NCBI GenBank assembly: GCA_965248695.1
Contig: CBDFKD010000002.1
Location: 5,216,001 to 5,280,000 of the forward strand
Origin: Acidobacteriota bacterium
GTDB taxonomy: Bacteria > Acidobacteriota > UBA890 > WLXD01
Length of the DNA: 64,000 bases
Reading direction: 5' to 3'
The notes under the pieces were generated by a model, which was given only the letters and a program-made list of their open reading frames with translations, had not been told where the DNA came from and did no database searches. Position numbers and translations under genes: made by a program. This document shows, piece after piece, positions 8,119-15,660 of the stretch. The stretch's first letter is position 1, and every line of letters starts with the position of its first letter.

Positions 8119-8205
8119 ACTCGACGAGGTCGCATAGAAACCCCATGACGCTACCGAACGCAGACACCCACACGCCACTGCGGAATCAGGCGGGTAGCGC
8201 AGTGG
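8119..8205 (+). repeat. Post-cro junction repeat R1
   Basis: ACTCGACGAGG..TAG..CCCCATGACGCTACC..CGCCACTGCG-loop-CGCAGTGG; homologous to 9605-9686 and 10667-10755. Confidence 0.85.
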
Positions 8206-8255
8206 GCGAGGCCATCGTCACGCTTCTCATGGAGCTTCGCCGGAGAGCCGATGAG

Positions 8256-9017
8256 CTAGAAGAACTTCTCATCGAAAGCGTCGATGACCCATCCGACCTC
8301 GACCACGAGCGCGTCAAGGCTCTCGAATACAGCCAAGCCGGTATCAGGCCCCATACCTTCGCCGAAGACTACGCGCGCGACCACAAGCGTATCCATTTGC
8401 ACTTTTGGGGGTGCAGAGAAGACGAGGGTCGCGATTTTTGCGTTGTGTACCAGGCGGGGCTTGGTGACGGCGATGAACGTTTTGGGCTGGCCAGCGGATT
8501 CGTCATCGACGAGAGCGTTCAAACGGAAGCGCTCGGGCATCGCGGCGACGACCGAGAGCAATTTGTGCTTGTTCCGGTTGTCCAGTCTTCTCAGAAGGGA
8601 GAGGGGCGCCATCACGGGATCGTCACCTTGGTACGGCTGAACTCGCTCGATCAAGGATCTGGCCTCAGCGGGAAGGCTGGCAATGCGCCGAGCCCCGCGC
8701 GATTCGTATGCCCGTTCGGAGTCGAAGATCGGAAACAGGGTCAGTGTGTCATCAAGATCCGCCCCAGAAAGCTCCCAGGCGATGTAGTCGAGCGAGCACC
8801 GCAGGTTGTGGATGCAATCGCCGATGGTCAGCGCCCACTCACTACTGGGCAAAGCAGGAGGATCTTTGACGCGAGCGACGTAGCGGACTTCGTCGATCTC
8901 AGCCTCAACGACGATTCGATAGAGGTTCGCTTCAAAGAAGGAGTCAGTTTCTCTTTTAAGCGCTTCGAGGTGCTGTCTCGCCCGACGAAGTTTGGCGCGA
9001 CTTCCATCAAGCCCCAA
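8256..9017 (-). CDS. Putative HEPN-superfamily protein (possible Abi/defence RNase)
   Basis: SD GAGGAG with a TTG start; helical protein with 'GDCIHNLRCSLDY' and 'LLRRLDNRNKHKLL' (HEPN-like N-x-x-K-H) motifs; immediately downstream of repressor 2. Confidence 0.7.
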   Translation of the reverse strand: MGLDGSRAKLRRARQHLEALKRETDSFFEANLYRIVVEAEIDEVRYVARVKDPPALPSSEWALTIGDCIHNLRCSLDYIAWELSGADLDDTLTLFPIFDSERAYESRGARRIASLPAEARSLIERVQPYQGDDPVMAPLSLLRRLDNRNKHKLLSVVAAMPERFRLNALVDDESAGQPKTFIAVTKPRLVHNAKIATLVFSAPPKVQMDTLVVARVVFGEGMGPDTGLAVFESLDALVVEVGWVIDAFDEKFF

Positions 9018-9079
9018 TTGGCACAGCTCCTCGGGATTGAGGTCGACGACGACGGGGAGGCGGCGTGAGCGGCGTGAGG

Positions 9080-9295
9080 CTAGTCGAACTCGACGCCTTC
9101 CAGAAGCTCGTCGACGGTGCATTCCAGGGCGCGGGCGATCTTCGCGACGTTCTCGATTCCAGGGCTTCTTGTGTTGCCGCTCAGAATCTTGTTCAGCTGG
9201 CTTCGAGCCATCCGCGCCCGATAAGCCGTCTCCTCGATCGAGATTTCCTTCTCCTGGATTACGGCTCGCACACGCTGCCCAAACGTCAAGCTCAT
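9080..9295 (-). CDS. XRE HTH repressor 2 (alternative starts up to 9340)
   Basis: 'FGQRVRAVIQEKEISIEETAYRARMARSQLNKILSG...PGIENVAKIARALECTVDELLEGVEFD'. Confidence 0.85.
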   Translation of the reverse strand: MSLTFGQRVRAVIQEKEISIEETAYRARMARSQLNKILSGNTRSPGIENVAKIARALECTVDELLEGVEFD

Positions 9296-9347
9296 GCGCC
9301 AGACGCTATTCGTGTGAGTTTCCCCCATCAATCTTCGCAAATACTAC

Positions 9348-9394
9348 TTGACGAATCTGCAACTTCTCTTGTATAAATATAGACAGCGCAGATT
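9348..9394 (+). promoter_or_regulatory. Promoter for cro-2 with candidate operator inverted repeat
   Basis: TTGACG-18 nt-TATAAA; inverted repeat AATCTGC (9354) / GCAGATT (9388). Confidence 0.55.
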
Positions 9395-9421
9395 TGCAAG
9401 GTCATAACCGGAAGCTCGATC

Positions 9422-9631
9422 ATGGATAATCGCATCAAGGAAGAACGCGAAAAGCGGGGCATGACTCAAATGGCCTTGGCTGTCGCCGCTGGGCTCCACC
9501 CAGGACACGTCAGCCGGATCGAAAACGGCTCCGGCTGCGAGCTGAAGACTGCACGCAAACTCGCTGACGCGCTCGAAGTAACCCTCGATGAGCTAGTCGG
9601 GCCGCGACGAAGCTGCCTAGGAGCCCCATGA
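9422..9631 (+). CDS. Cro-like HTH protein 2
   Basis: 'NRIKEEREKRGMTQMALAVAAGLHPGHVSRIENG...ARKLADALEVTLDEL'. Confidence 0.88.
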   Translation: MDNRIKEEREKRGMTQMALAVAAGLHPGHVSRIENGSGCELKTARKLADALEVTLDELVGPRRSCLGAP

Positions 9632-9686
9632 CGCTACCGAGCCCCACCACCCCCACGCCACTGCGGAGTGAGGCGAACGGCGCAGT
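9605..9686 (+). repeat. Post-cro junction repeat R2
   Basis: CGACGAAGCTGCCTAGGAGCCCCATGACGCTACC..CACGCCACTGCGGA..CGCAGT. Confidence 0.85.
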
Positions 9687-9778
9687 CAACCTCGACATCG
9701 TCAAGGTTTCGCGTGCAGCGCTGTTACGCGTTGGCGTGTACGTGACGCCGAGCTTTGATGACACGTGGTGCCCCCACC

Positions 9779-10105
9779 TCATTCCGATGGGGCTTGTCGG
9801 AGCGCGGGCGGATAGCCCCCTTTGCTCTCCATCTGGTCTTGTTGATTGTCCAGAAACAACTGAACTCGAAGCAGGGCCTGACGAAGAAGCCAAGGAATCG
9901 ACTCGGACTGGAAGCTCCCCGCACAAGGAATGCGCACTGTCAACAGAAGTTCTTCGTCGTCATCTTCAACGCCTTTGCCGGGAGATACCGGGCCTTCTGG
10001 AGGAGCTTCGCTTCCTGTCGGAAACGCTAGCCGCATGCGGATCTGAACCGTGCCCCCTTCGAGAGGAAAAATCGTGAAGCCGGGTCGATCTGGGTATTGG
10101 TACAC
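9779..10105 (-). CDS. Hypothetical cargo protein downstream of repressor 3
   Basis: SD GGAGG 5 nt before GTG; 108 aa; same position as the HEPN-like gene in the neighbouring cassette. Confidence 0.6.
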   Translation of the reverse strand: MYQYPDRPGFTIFPLEGGTVQIRMRLAFPTGSEAPPEGPVSPGKGVEDDDEELLLTVRIPCAGSFQSESIPWLLRQALLRVQLFLDNQQDQMESKGGYPPALRQAPSE

Positions 10106-10136
10106 GGATTCCTCCGAGTCGTTGGCGAGCGGAGAG

Positions 10137-10366
10137 CTAGTCGAACTCGACGCCTTCAAGAAGCTCGCCGGGATGAACGCCGAGGGTGCGAGCAATCTTC
10201 AGCAGGGTCGACGCTCGCGGATCTATCTGACGCCCCTTTGTGCTGACGACACGCCAGAAGGTTCGGCGGTCGTTAGCGGTGGGCATCGCCTCTGCCACAC
10301 CTGCGTCAGGGTCATCCCGCAGTCATCCACCAGCGCTCTGAGGCGATCTCGAAGCTCCATCGGCAT
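10137..10366 (-). pseudogene. XRE HTH repressor 3, frameshifted near 10295-10300
   Basis: MPMELRDRLRALVDDCGMTLTQV/AEAMPTANDRRTFWRVV...PRASTLLKIARTLGVHPGELLEGVEFD; the C-terminus (ELLEGVEFD) is identical to repressor 2. Not in the ORF track. Confidence 0.8.
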
Positions 10367-10421
10367 CAAAGCCTAGGCACCAGTGTGCGATACGTCAACG
10401 GCAGAAAAAGCACTGACGCTC

Positions 10422-10450
10422 TTGACGGTATTTGGGACACGGACTAATAT
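10422..10450 (+). promoter_or_regulatory. Promoter for cro-3 and the early operon
   Basis: TTGACG-17 nt-TAATAT; GGACAC is repeated nearby. Confidence 0.6.
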
Positions 10451-10484
10451 GACAGTGATGATTAAAACAAGGACACATAAGGTC

Positions 10485-10685
10485 ATGCGATACACGATCC
10501 AGGACGTACTCGACCGGCACGGTGTTAGCCAGCGTGAAATGGCTCGGCGCACCGGGCTCGACTATTCCTACGTGAACCGGCTCGTCAACGGCCGGTTTGT
10601 GCCCCGGGTCGATAAAGCGTTGCGCCTCGCTGCTGCCTTGGAAGTGCAGGTCGAGGATCTGTTCGCACTCGACGAGGCCGCTTAG
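10485..10685 (+). CDS. Cro-like HTH protein 3
   Basis: 'IQDVLDRHGVSQREMARRTGLDYSYVNRLVNGRFVPRVDKALRLAAALEVQVEDLF'. Confidence 0.88.
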   Translation: MRYTIQDVLDRHGVSQREMARRTGLDYSYVNRLVNGRFVPRVDKALRLAAALEVQVEDLFALDEAA

Positions 10686-10755
10686 GAGGCCCGATGACGC
10701 TACCTGCCGCCGAACCGTGCTCGCCACTGCGCAGTTACCCAGCTGGCGCAGTGGC
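10667..10755 (+). repeat. Post-cro junction repeat R3
   Basis: ACTCGACGAGGCCGCTTAGGAGGCCCGATGACGCTACC..GCCACTGCGC-loop-GCGCAGTGGC. Confidence 0.85.
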
Positions 10756-10843
10756 ACTCCCGAACGAAAAAAGGGCGCGAGGAGCTGCAACTCCTCACGC
10801 CCAAACCACAACCACACAGGAGGTCATTCCAGTGCACTCCAAC
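10756..10843 (+). repeat. Hairpin plus RBS module, copy 1 (54 bp identical to 12099-12152)
   Basis: A6-GGGCG-CGAGGAG-CTGCAA-CTCCTCA-CGCCC, then ACAGGAGG and a start codon reading HSN; the hairpin reads as an intrinsic terminator on the - strand. Confidence 0.9.
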
Positions 10844-10981
10844 TGTAGCACGGCCCGCGTATCTCGGCCCCCGGTGGTGTGCATGGCCTGCGCGCAGTGG
10901 GACGACGATCAGCGCCCCGACGACGATGGTGAGCTCGTCGCCGCCTTCGGCTCCCAGGCCGTGTTTGGAGTGGGGCGGTAG
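10832..10981 (+). CDS. Small CxxC hypothetical protein
   Basis: SD AGGAGG with GTG start; contains CMAC. Confidence 0.5.
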   Translation: MHSNCSTARVSRPPVVCMACAQWDDDQRPDDDGELVAAFGSQAVFGVGR

Positions 10982-10983
10982 CG

Positions 10984-11628
10984 ATGCGCCGCGTCAGGGG
11001 ATACGAGATCAAGCCAGAAGCCGACCTCCAGGATGCCGATCTCCAGGATGCCGATCTCCAGGATGCCGACCTCTGGGATGCCGACCTCTGGGAAGCCGAT
11101 CTCCGGGGAGCCTGCCTCCGGGATGCCGACCTCTGGGAAGCCGATCTCCGGGGAGCCTGCCTCCGGGATGCCGACCTCCAGGGAGCCGATCTCGGGTTTG
11201 CCGACCTCCAGTGTGCCGACCTCCAGTGTGCCGATCTGCGGGGAGCCGACCTGTCGAAAGCCAACCTCCGGGGTGCCAACCTCCAGGGAGCCAACCTCCA
11301 GGGTGCCGACCTACGGGGAGTCGGCCTCCGGGGTATCAAGCTGTCCGATACAACGATCCTGTCAACGGGCCAGACGTGGCCGGAGTACCTGGCGGACTTG
11401 CCAGCGCTTCTGACCGCCGGCGGCAAGCCTCTAGCAGCGGTGGCTACGGAAGCAGCCTGGAGCTGCCATGACGACAACTGCCCGATGCATGTGGCCTTCG
11501 ACGCCAAGGGTGTCGGCGACGTACCCGAGCCATGGCGGTCCCAGGCGAAGCTGTTTGTCGCCCTGTTCGACGCCGAGCTGATCCCGCTGGAGGCGGTGAG
11601 AGCCACGTCCATGAGCGGAGCGGAGTGA
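10984..11628 (+). CDS. Pentapeptide-repeat protein 1 with conserved C-terminal domain
   Basis: About 20 A(D/N)Lxx repeats, then '[23 protein letters not shown]...WSCHDDNCPMH...[10 protein letters not shown]'. Confidence 0.92.
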   Translation: MRRVRGYEIKPEADLQDADLQDADLQDADLWDADLWEADLRGACLRDADLWEADLRGACLRDADLQGADLGFADLQCADLQCADLRGADLSKANLRGANLQGANLQGADLRGVGLRGIKLSDTTILSTGQTWPEYLADLPALLTAGGKPLAAVATEAAWSCHDDNCPMHVAFDAKGVGDVPEPWRSQAKLFVALFDAELIPLEAVRATSMSGAE

Positions 11629-11633
11629 TAGCC

Positions 11634-11816
11634 ATGCGACAACGGCGTATCGACTGCCTGGCCCGCTGGTGCCAGGAGTACTGCGAGCGCCGGGGGCTGG
11701 ACTATGCCGCCACGCGCCGTGCCTTCGCTAAGCACCAAGGCTGCACGGCTCGGGATCTCAGCGCTGAGGACTACCTGGATTTCTACGTGGATCTGTACAC
11801 CGGGAGGGCGGCATGA
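11634..11816 (+). CDS. Hypothetical phage protein
   Basis: Follows an SD-like GGAG; ATGA coupling to the next gene. Confidence 0.6.
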   Translation: MRQRRIDCLARWCQEYCERRGLDYAATRRAFAKHQGCTARDLSAEDYLDFYVDLYTGRAA

Positions 11817-12037
11817 GCGACCGGACCCGGGTCGTTGACACCCGCCACGAAGGCCCCCTGTGCCCGGCATGTTTCAGGGAGCTCCCGGAGACACCGAGCG
11901 AAGCTGTGAGCCGGCTGCTCGAATACTACGCGCGGCTCGATGAGCAGGACCAACTCGCATTCGTAGCGACTCTGATTGGCGACGCCGTGACGCAGCGAAT
12001 GGTTGCGCGCCTTCAGCCGGTCAGCGAGCCGACTTGA
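11813..12037 (+). CDS. Hypothetical phage protein (CPAC motif)
   Basis: ATGA-coupled, with SD GGAGG. Confidence 0.6.
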   Translation: MSDRTRVVDTRHEGPLCPACFRELPETPSEAVSRLLEYYARLDEQDQLAFVATLIGDAVTQRMVARLQPVSEPT

Positions 12038-12098
12038 TGAGGACCGGGCACGCAATGACCAAAGAAAGCCGCAACGAGTTCGGGCGCTGGCAGATGAG

Positions 12099-12183
12099 AC
12101 TCCCGAACGAAAAAAGGGCGCGAGGAGCTGCAACTCCTCACGCCCAAACCACCATACAGGAGGTTGTTCCAATGCACTCCAAC
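12099..12183 (+). repeat. Hairpin plus RBS module, copy 2
   Basis: 54-bp identity with 10756-10809; similarity extends through the SD and first codons. Confidence 0.9.
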
Positions 12184-12483
12184 GATGTCGAGTGCGCCGT
12201 CGCCCCCAGCCCTGCCGCTGTTCTCACGCCGATCTTATGCGAGACCTGCAACGGCAGCATCGAAGCACCGCGCGATGACACCTCGCCTCTCCAAGCAAAC
12301 GAAGAATGGCTAGAGGAGTGCGGCTGGGACCTGCGCGGCTACTTGGCTTATTGCCCCACGTGCGTGAGCCACTACCCGACCTGCGACCACTGCCACAGGG
12401 GGTACCACCCTCATGAGATGGCGCAGAGGGAGCCGGTTGCACTGTGCTGCGGCTGCGCCGAGAGCGCATCGAGGGCAGCGTAA
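12172..12483 (+). CDS. Cys-rich (multi-CxxC) zinc-binding phage protein
   Basis: SD AGGAGG; CETC, CPTC, CDHC and CCGC motifs. Confidence 0.7.
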   Translation: MHSNDVECAVAPSPAAVLTPILCETCNGSIEAPRDDTSPLQANEEWLEECGWDLRGYLAYCPTCVSHYPTCDHCHRGYHPHEMAQREPVALCCGCAESASRAA

Positions 12484-13046
12484 TGATAGTCAACGAGTGG
12501 GAGATCGAACCGGGCGCCGACCTTCGGTGTGCCGACTTTTCAGAAGCCAGCCTTTGGCTCGCCGATCTCAGGGGAGCCAACCTTCGGGGTGCCAGCCTCG
12601 GGGGAGCCGATCTGTCGGAAGCCGAGCTTCGGGGAGCCTACCTTCGGGATGCCAACCTGTCGGAAGCCGACCTGGCGTATGCCGACCTGTTGGGAGCCTG
12701 CCTCCGAAGAGCCGACCTTCGGAGAGCCAACCTCTGGGATGCCAACCTCCGGGATGCCAACCTCCGTGAAGCCAATCTCCGGGGAGCCTGCCTGTGGGGA
12801 GCCGACCTTCGGGAAGCCGACCTCCAGTGTGCCGACCTCCGGGAAGCCAAGTTCTGGGGAGCCGACCTCCGGGGTGCCAACCTCCAGGGAGCCAGTCTCG
12901 GGGGAGCCAAGCTGTCGGACGAAACGGTCCTGCCAACGGGGCAGACCTGGCCGAAGTACTTGGCGAGTCTGCCAGCACTTCTAACAGCTGGCGGCAAGCC
13001 TCTGCATGAGGTCGCCTTCGCTGAAATCACATCGAGGGCGGCGTGA
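12483..13046 (+). CDS. Pentapeptide-repeat protein 2 (C-terminal domain truncated)
   Basis: TAATG coupling; about 27 pentapeptides; the shared domain stops after 'AGGKPLHEVA'. Confidence 0.9.
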   Translation: MIVNEWEIEPGADLRCADFSEASLWLADLRGANLRGASLGGADLSEAELRGAYLRDANLSEADLAYADLLGACLRRADLRRANLWDANLRDANLREANLRGACLWGADLREADLQCADLREAKFWGADLRGANLQGASLGGAKLSDETVLPTGQTWPKYLASLPALLTAGGKPLHEVAFAEITSRAA

Positions 13047-13100
13047 AGGGTACCGCGTTTCCCAACCGCGCCGCACGGAGCGGCGTTATCCGTAGTCGGG

Positions 13101-13655
13101 GTGGGCTCGATGACGGAGAAGACAACGATGTCCATATCAAGCCAACAGGACTCACCCCGCGACCCGGCAGGTACCTACCCGTGGGATGCGATGCGCGATT
13201 GCATCGGCCCATACACCAACGGCATAGCCCGACATCTCGGGCTATCGGCCTCGCTGGTGCAGAAGTGGCAGCGGCCGGTCGGCGAGCACACCGACACCGG
13301 CGTGCGCAGCCCGCTGGCGAGGTTGGATCTGATCATCGAGGCATCGGTGGCTCTGGGGCAAGAGCGGTACTACGCCACGGCCCCGGCCCGGTACCTGCAC
13401 GAGCAACACCTGACCGAACCGCTGCCACCGTACTCCTCGGGCCACGCGATGACTGCCGATATGACGCAAACGGCAGGCACGTTGGAATCGCTTGGATCGC
13501 TGGCGTTCGTGGACGGCGTGATCGACATACAAGAGTGGCGACAGTGGGCGTCCTGCTGCGAGCGACTCAAGGCGATCCTGCTGCGTTCCGCGTCAACGAT
13601 GAGGGTCAACGCGGCGACGAACTGGCGGCCCGACGAGAGGCAGATGGGGGCATGA
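13101..13655 (+). CDS. Phage regulatory protein (CII-like HTH)
   Basis: 'IARHLGLSASLVQKWQRP...SPLARLDLII' and C-terminal 'DGVIDIQEW' resemble CII-type regulators. Confidence 0.6.
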   Translation: MGSMTEKTTMSISSQQDSPRDPAGTYPWDAMRDCIGPYTNGIARHLGLSASLVQKWQRPVGEHTDTGVRSPLARLDLIIEASVALGQERYYATAPARYLHEQHLTEPLPPYSSGHAMTADMTQTAGTLESLGSLAFVDGVIDIQEWRQWASCCERLKAILLRSASTMRVNAATNWRPDERQMGA

Positions 13656-13710
13656 AGTACACGCCAGATCTGCTCTACAAGTACACCGGCCCTGAGGGTG
13701 AGGCGTAGCG

Positions 13711-13908
13711 ATGGGTAACCCGTGGTGGGTGAACGCTGGGCTGGCCACCTTCGCGGTCTGGTGTCTGGCGGTGTGCATCTACACGGGCCGGGAGATCTTC
13801 CGTACTCGCCGTCGCCGGCCGTTTCGGCTGGGGCAGCTATCGCCCGAGTACATGGAGGCGCTGCGGCGCCACGAGGGGCTGCAGAGCCCGGAGGATCGAG
13901 CAGCATGA
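13711..13908 (+). CDS. Small single-TM protein
   Basis: Hydrophobic N-terminus followed by an Arg cluster; coupled to dnaN. Confidence 0.6.
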   Translation: MGNPWWVNAGLATFAVWCLAVCIYTGREIFRTRRRRPFRLGQLSPEYMEALRRHEGLQSPEDRAA

Positions 13909-15026
13909 TGATCACGGCCGACAAAGCCGACCTAGAGCGTGAGCTGCGGCACGTGGGCCAAATCGCGGCCAGGAAGATCCCCGCCCCCGCGGAAGTCGCC
14001 CGGCACGTGTTGCTGTCTACGTCCGGCAATGGCGACGCACTCCAACTGGCGGCAACTGATCTCGAAGTGAGCCTACAGACGCGCTGCGCCGCGCGGGTCT
14101 CGGCACAGGGCACAGCCACGGCCCCCGCCGCGAAGCTCAACGAGGTCGTCAAGTCGCTACCGGACGGTGAGATCGAAATCGAGCTACGCAAAGCGGGCTG
14201 GCTTGAGGTGCGGAGCGGCGATGCCGTCTTTGAGCTGGCGTCGTTTCCGGCGGCCGACTTCCCGGTCATGCCAACCGTCGATTTCGAGGACGCGATCGAG
14301 TTCCCGGCCGATGTATTGGGCGAAATGATTCGCCGCACCCTGTTCGCGGTGACGGACCAAGACGTTCGTTACGCGATGAACGGTGCTCTGTTGGAAATCG
14401 ACGGCGACAAGGTACGCATGGTGGCGACGGACGCGCACCGGCTGGCGATGGTCGAGCGCGACGGCATCGAGTTAGAGGCGCAGACACAGGTCAAGACAAT
14501 CATCCCGAAGAAGGCACTGGCAAAGATCCGGGATCTGAGTGAGCCCGAGGCGACGGTGCTCTTCACACAGGATGATCGGCAGCTGCACTTTCGGGTCGGG
14601 TACAGGGTGCTGTCGGGCCGCCTCATCGAGGGGAACTTTCCAGCCTACGAGAAGGTGATCCCGAAAGCTGACGAGGCGGCCTGTGTGCGGTTTGACAGAA
14701 CAAGCATGCGAGATGCGATTGGCCGCGCGACCCTGCTGTCGCCGCGCAAAGGGCTTTGCGTTCGGTTCGTGTTTGAAAACGGCTCGGCGGTGGTTTCGGC
14801 AGCCGATGGGCAGCTAGGCAAGGCGACGGAAACCGTACCGGTCGAGTATGCGGGCGAGCGGATCCAGGTCGTCTTCAACGGTCGCTACCTGGTGGATTTT
14901 CTTGATGCCACGAAGGCCGACCGGATCGCCCTGTATGTGAAGGACGACACCAGTCCCGGTCTCCTGTTGCCCGAGCCACAAGACGGGTCGCGCTATTGCT
15001 ACACCGCTATGCCGATGAGGCCGTAA
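13905..15026 (+). CDS. dnaN: DNA polymerase III beta sliding clamp, prophage-encoded
   Basis: 373 aa with 'ATDLEVSL', 'DFPVMP', 'MVATDAHRLA', 'RLIEGNFPAYEKVIP', 'FNGRYLVD' and terminal 'MPMR'. Confidence 0.93.
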   Translation: MMITADKADLERELRHVGQIAARKIPAPAEVARHVLLSTSGNGDALQLAATDLEVSLQTRCAARVSAQGTATAPAAKLNEVVKSLPDGEIEIELRKAGWLEVRSGDAVFELASFPAADFPVMPTVDFEDAIEFPADVLGEMIRRTLFAVTDQDVRYAMNGALLEIDGDKVRMVATDAHRLAMVERDGIELEAQTQVKTIIPKKALAKIRDLSEPEATVLFTQDDRQLHFRVGYRVLSGRLIEGNFPAYEKVIPKADEAACVRFDRTSMRDAIGRATLLSPRKGLCVRFVFENGSAVVSAADGQLGKATETVPVEYAGERIQVVFNGRYLVDFLDATKADRIALYVKDDTSPGLLLPEPQDGSRYCYTAMPMRP

Positions 15027-15028
15027 CC

Positions 15029-15229
15029 GTGTGGAAGCCAAGGATGGAAGTCTACGTGCCGCATGGCTCGGAGGTTTGGTGGGTGGAGGGACGGGGGTTT
15101 CGGCTACCGACTGTGCTTTCCGTTGGAGTTGTCGCCGAGGGGAGAGCCCGGGAGCTTCTAGAACAAGACTTCCCCACATTCGAGATCGTCGCCCGTCGTG
15201 CCTATGACCCGAAAGGGCGCGCGGCATGA
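15029..15229 (+). CDS. Hypothetical phage protein
   Basis: Fills the operon gap; ATGA-coupled to the next gene. Confidence 0.5.
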   Translation: MWKPRMEVYVPHGSEVWWVEGRGFRLPTVLSVGVVAEGRARELLEQDFPTFEIVARRAYDPKGRAA

Positions 15230-15660
15230 CGCAAACGTCGCTGTTTTCGACTCCTCCGTACCAGCGCCACTCCGAAGAGTCCAGGGCCGCCGCGAAGGCG
15301 ATCGTGGATTCCCTCAGCAAGCTGCAGGCACGGGTGCTGGCCTACGTCGCCTCCTGCCCGTACGGGGCCACCGATGAAGAGATCCAGCACGCACTCAGGA
15401 TGAACCCCTCCACACAGAGACCTCGGCGTTTGGAGCTGTTCAAGCTCGGGTTGATCGACAAGGCCCCCTATTGCCGCAGGACGCGCGCGGGGCGAAAGGC
15501 CGCTGTCTGGATCGTGTATCCCGCACAAGACCCGTGCACGGCAGCCGTGGCGCCCCCGGGGCCGCTTTGTGGTGTGTGCCACACGGTATTGAGAGGCAAA
15601 CAGCAGTACTTCTGCTCGGATGAGTGCCGGATGGTGTGGCATGGGCGGAGGGCGTCATGA
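15226..15660 (+). CDS. Winged-helix phage protein with C-terminal zinc finger
   Basis: 'GATDEEIQHALRMNPSTQRPRRLEL...RRTRAGRKAAVW'; CGVC...CSDEC. Confidence 0.75.
   Translation: MTQTSLFSTPPYQRHSEESRAAAKAIVDSLSKLQARVLAYVASCPYGATDEEIQHALRMNPSTQRPRRLELFKLGLIDKAPYCRRTRAGRKAAVWIVYPAQDPCTAAVAPPGPLCGVCHTVLRGKQQYFCSDECRMVWHGRRAS

Noticed and set aside
10984-13046. 15-bp periodic repeats as a CRISPR array or DGR template/variable pair
   Set aside because: They are in-frame pentapeptide codons with no unique spacers. The window has no reverse transcriptase, and I saw no adenine-specific divergence between paralogues.
13905-15026. Chromosomal origin region (dnaA-dnaN)
   Set aside because: No dnaA, recF or gyrB is present; the gene is embedded in a coupled phage operon.
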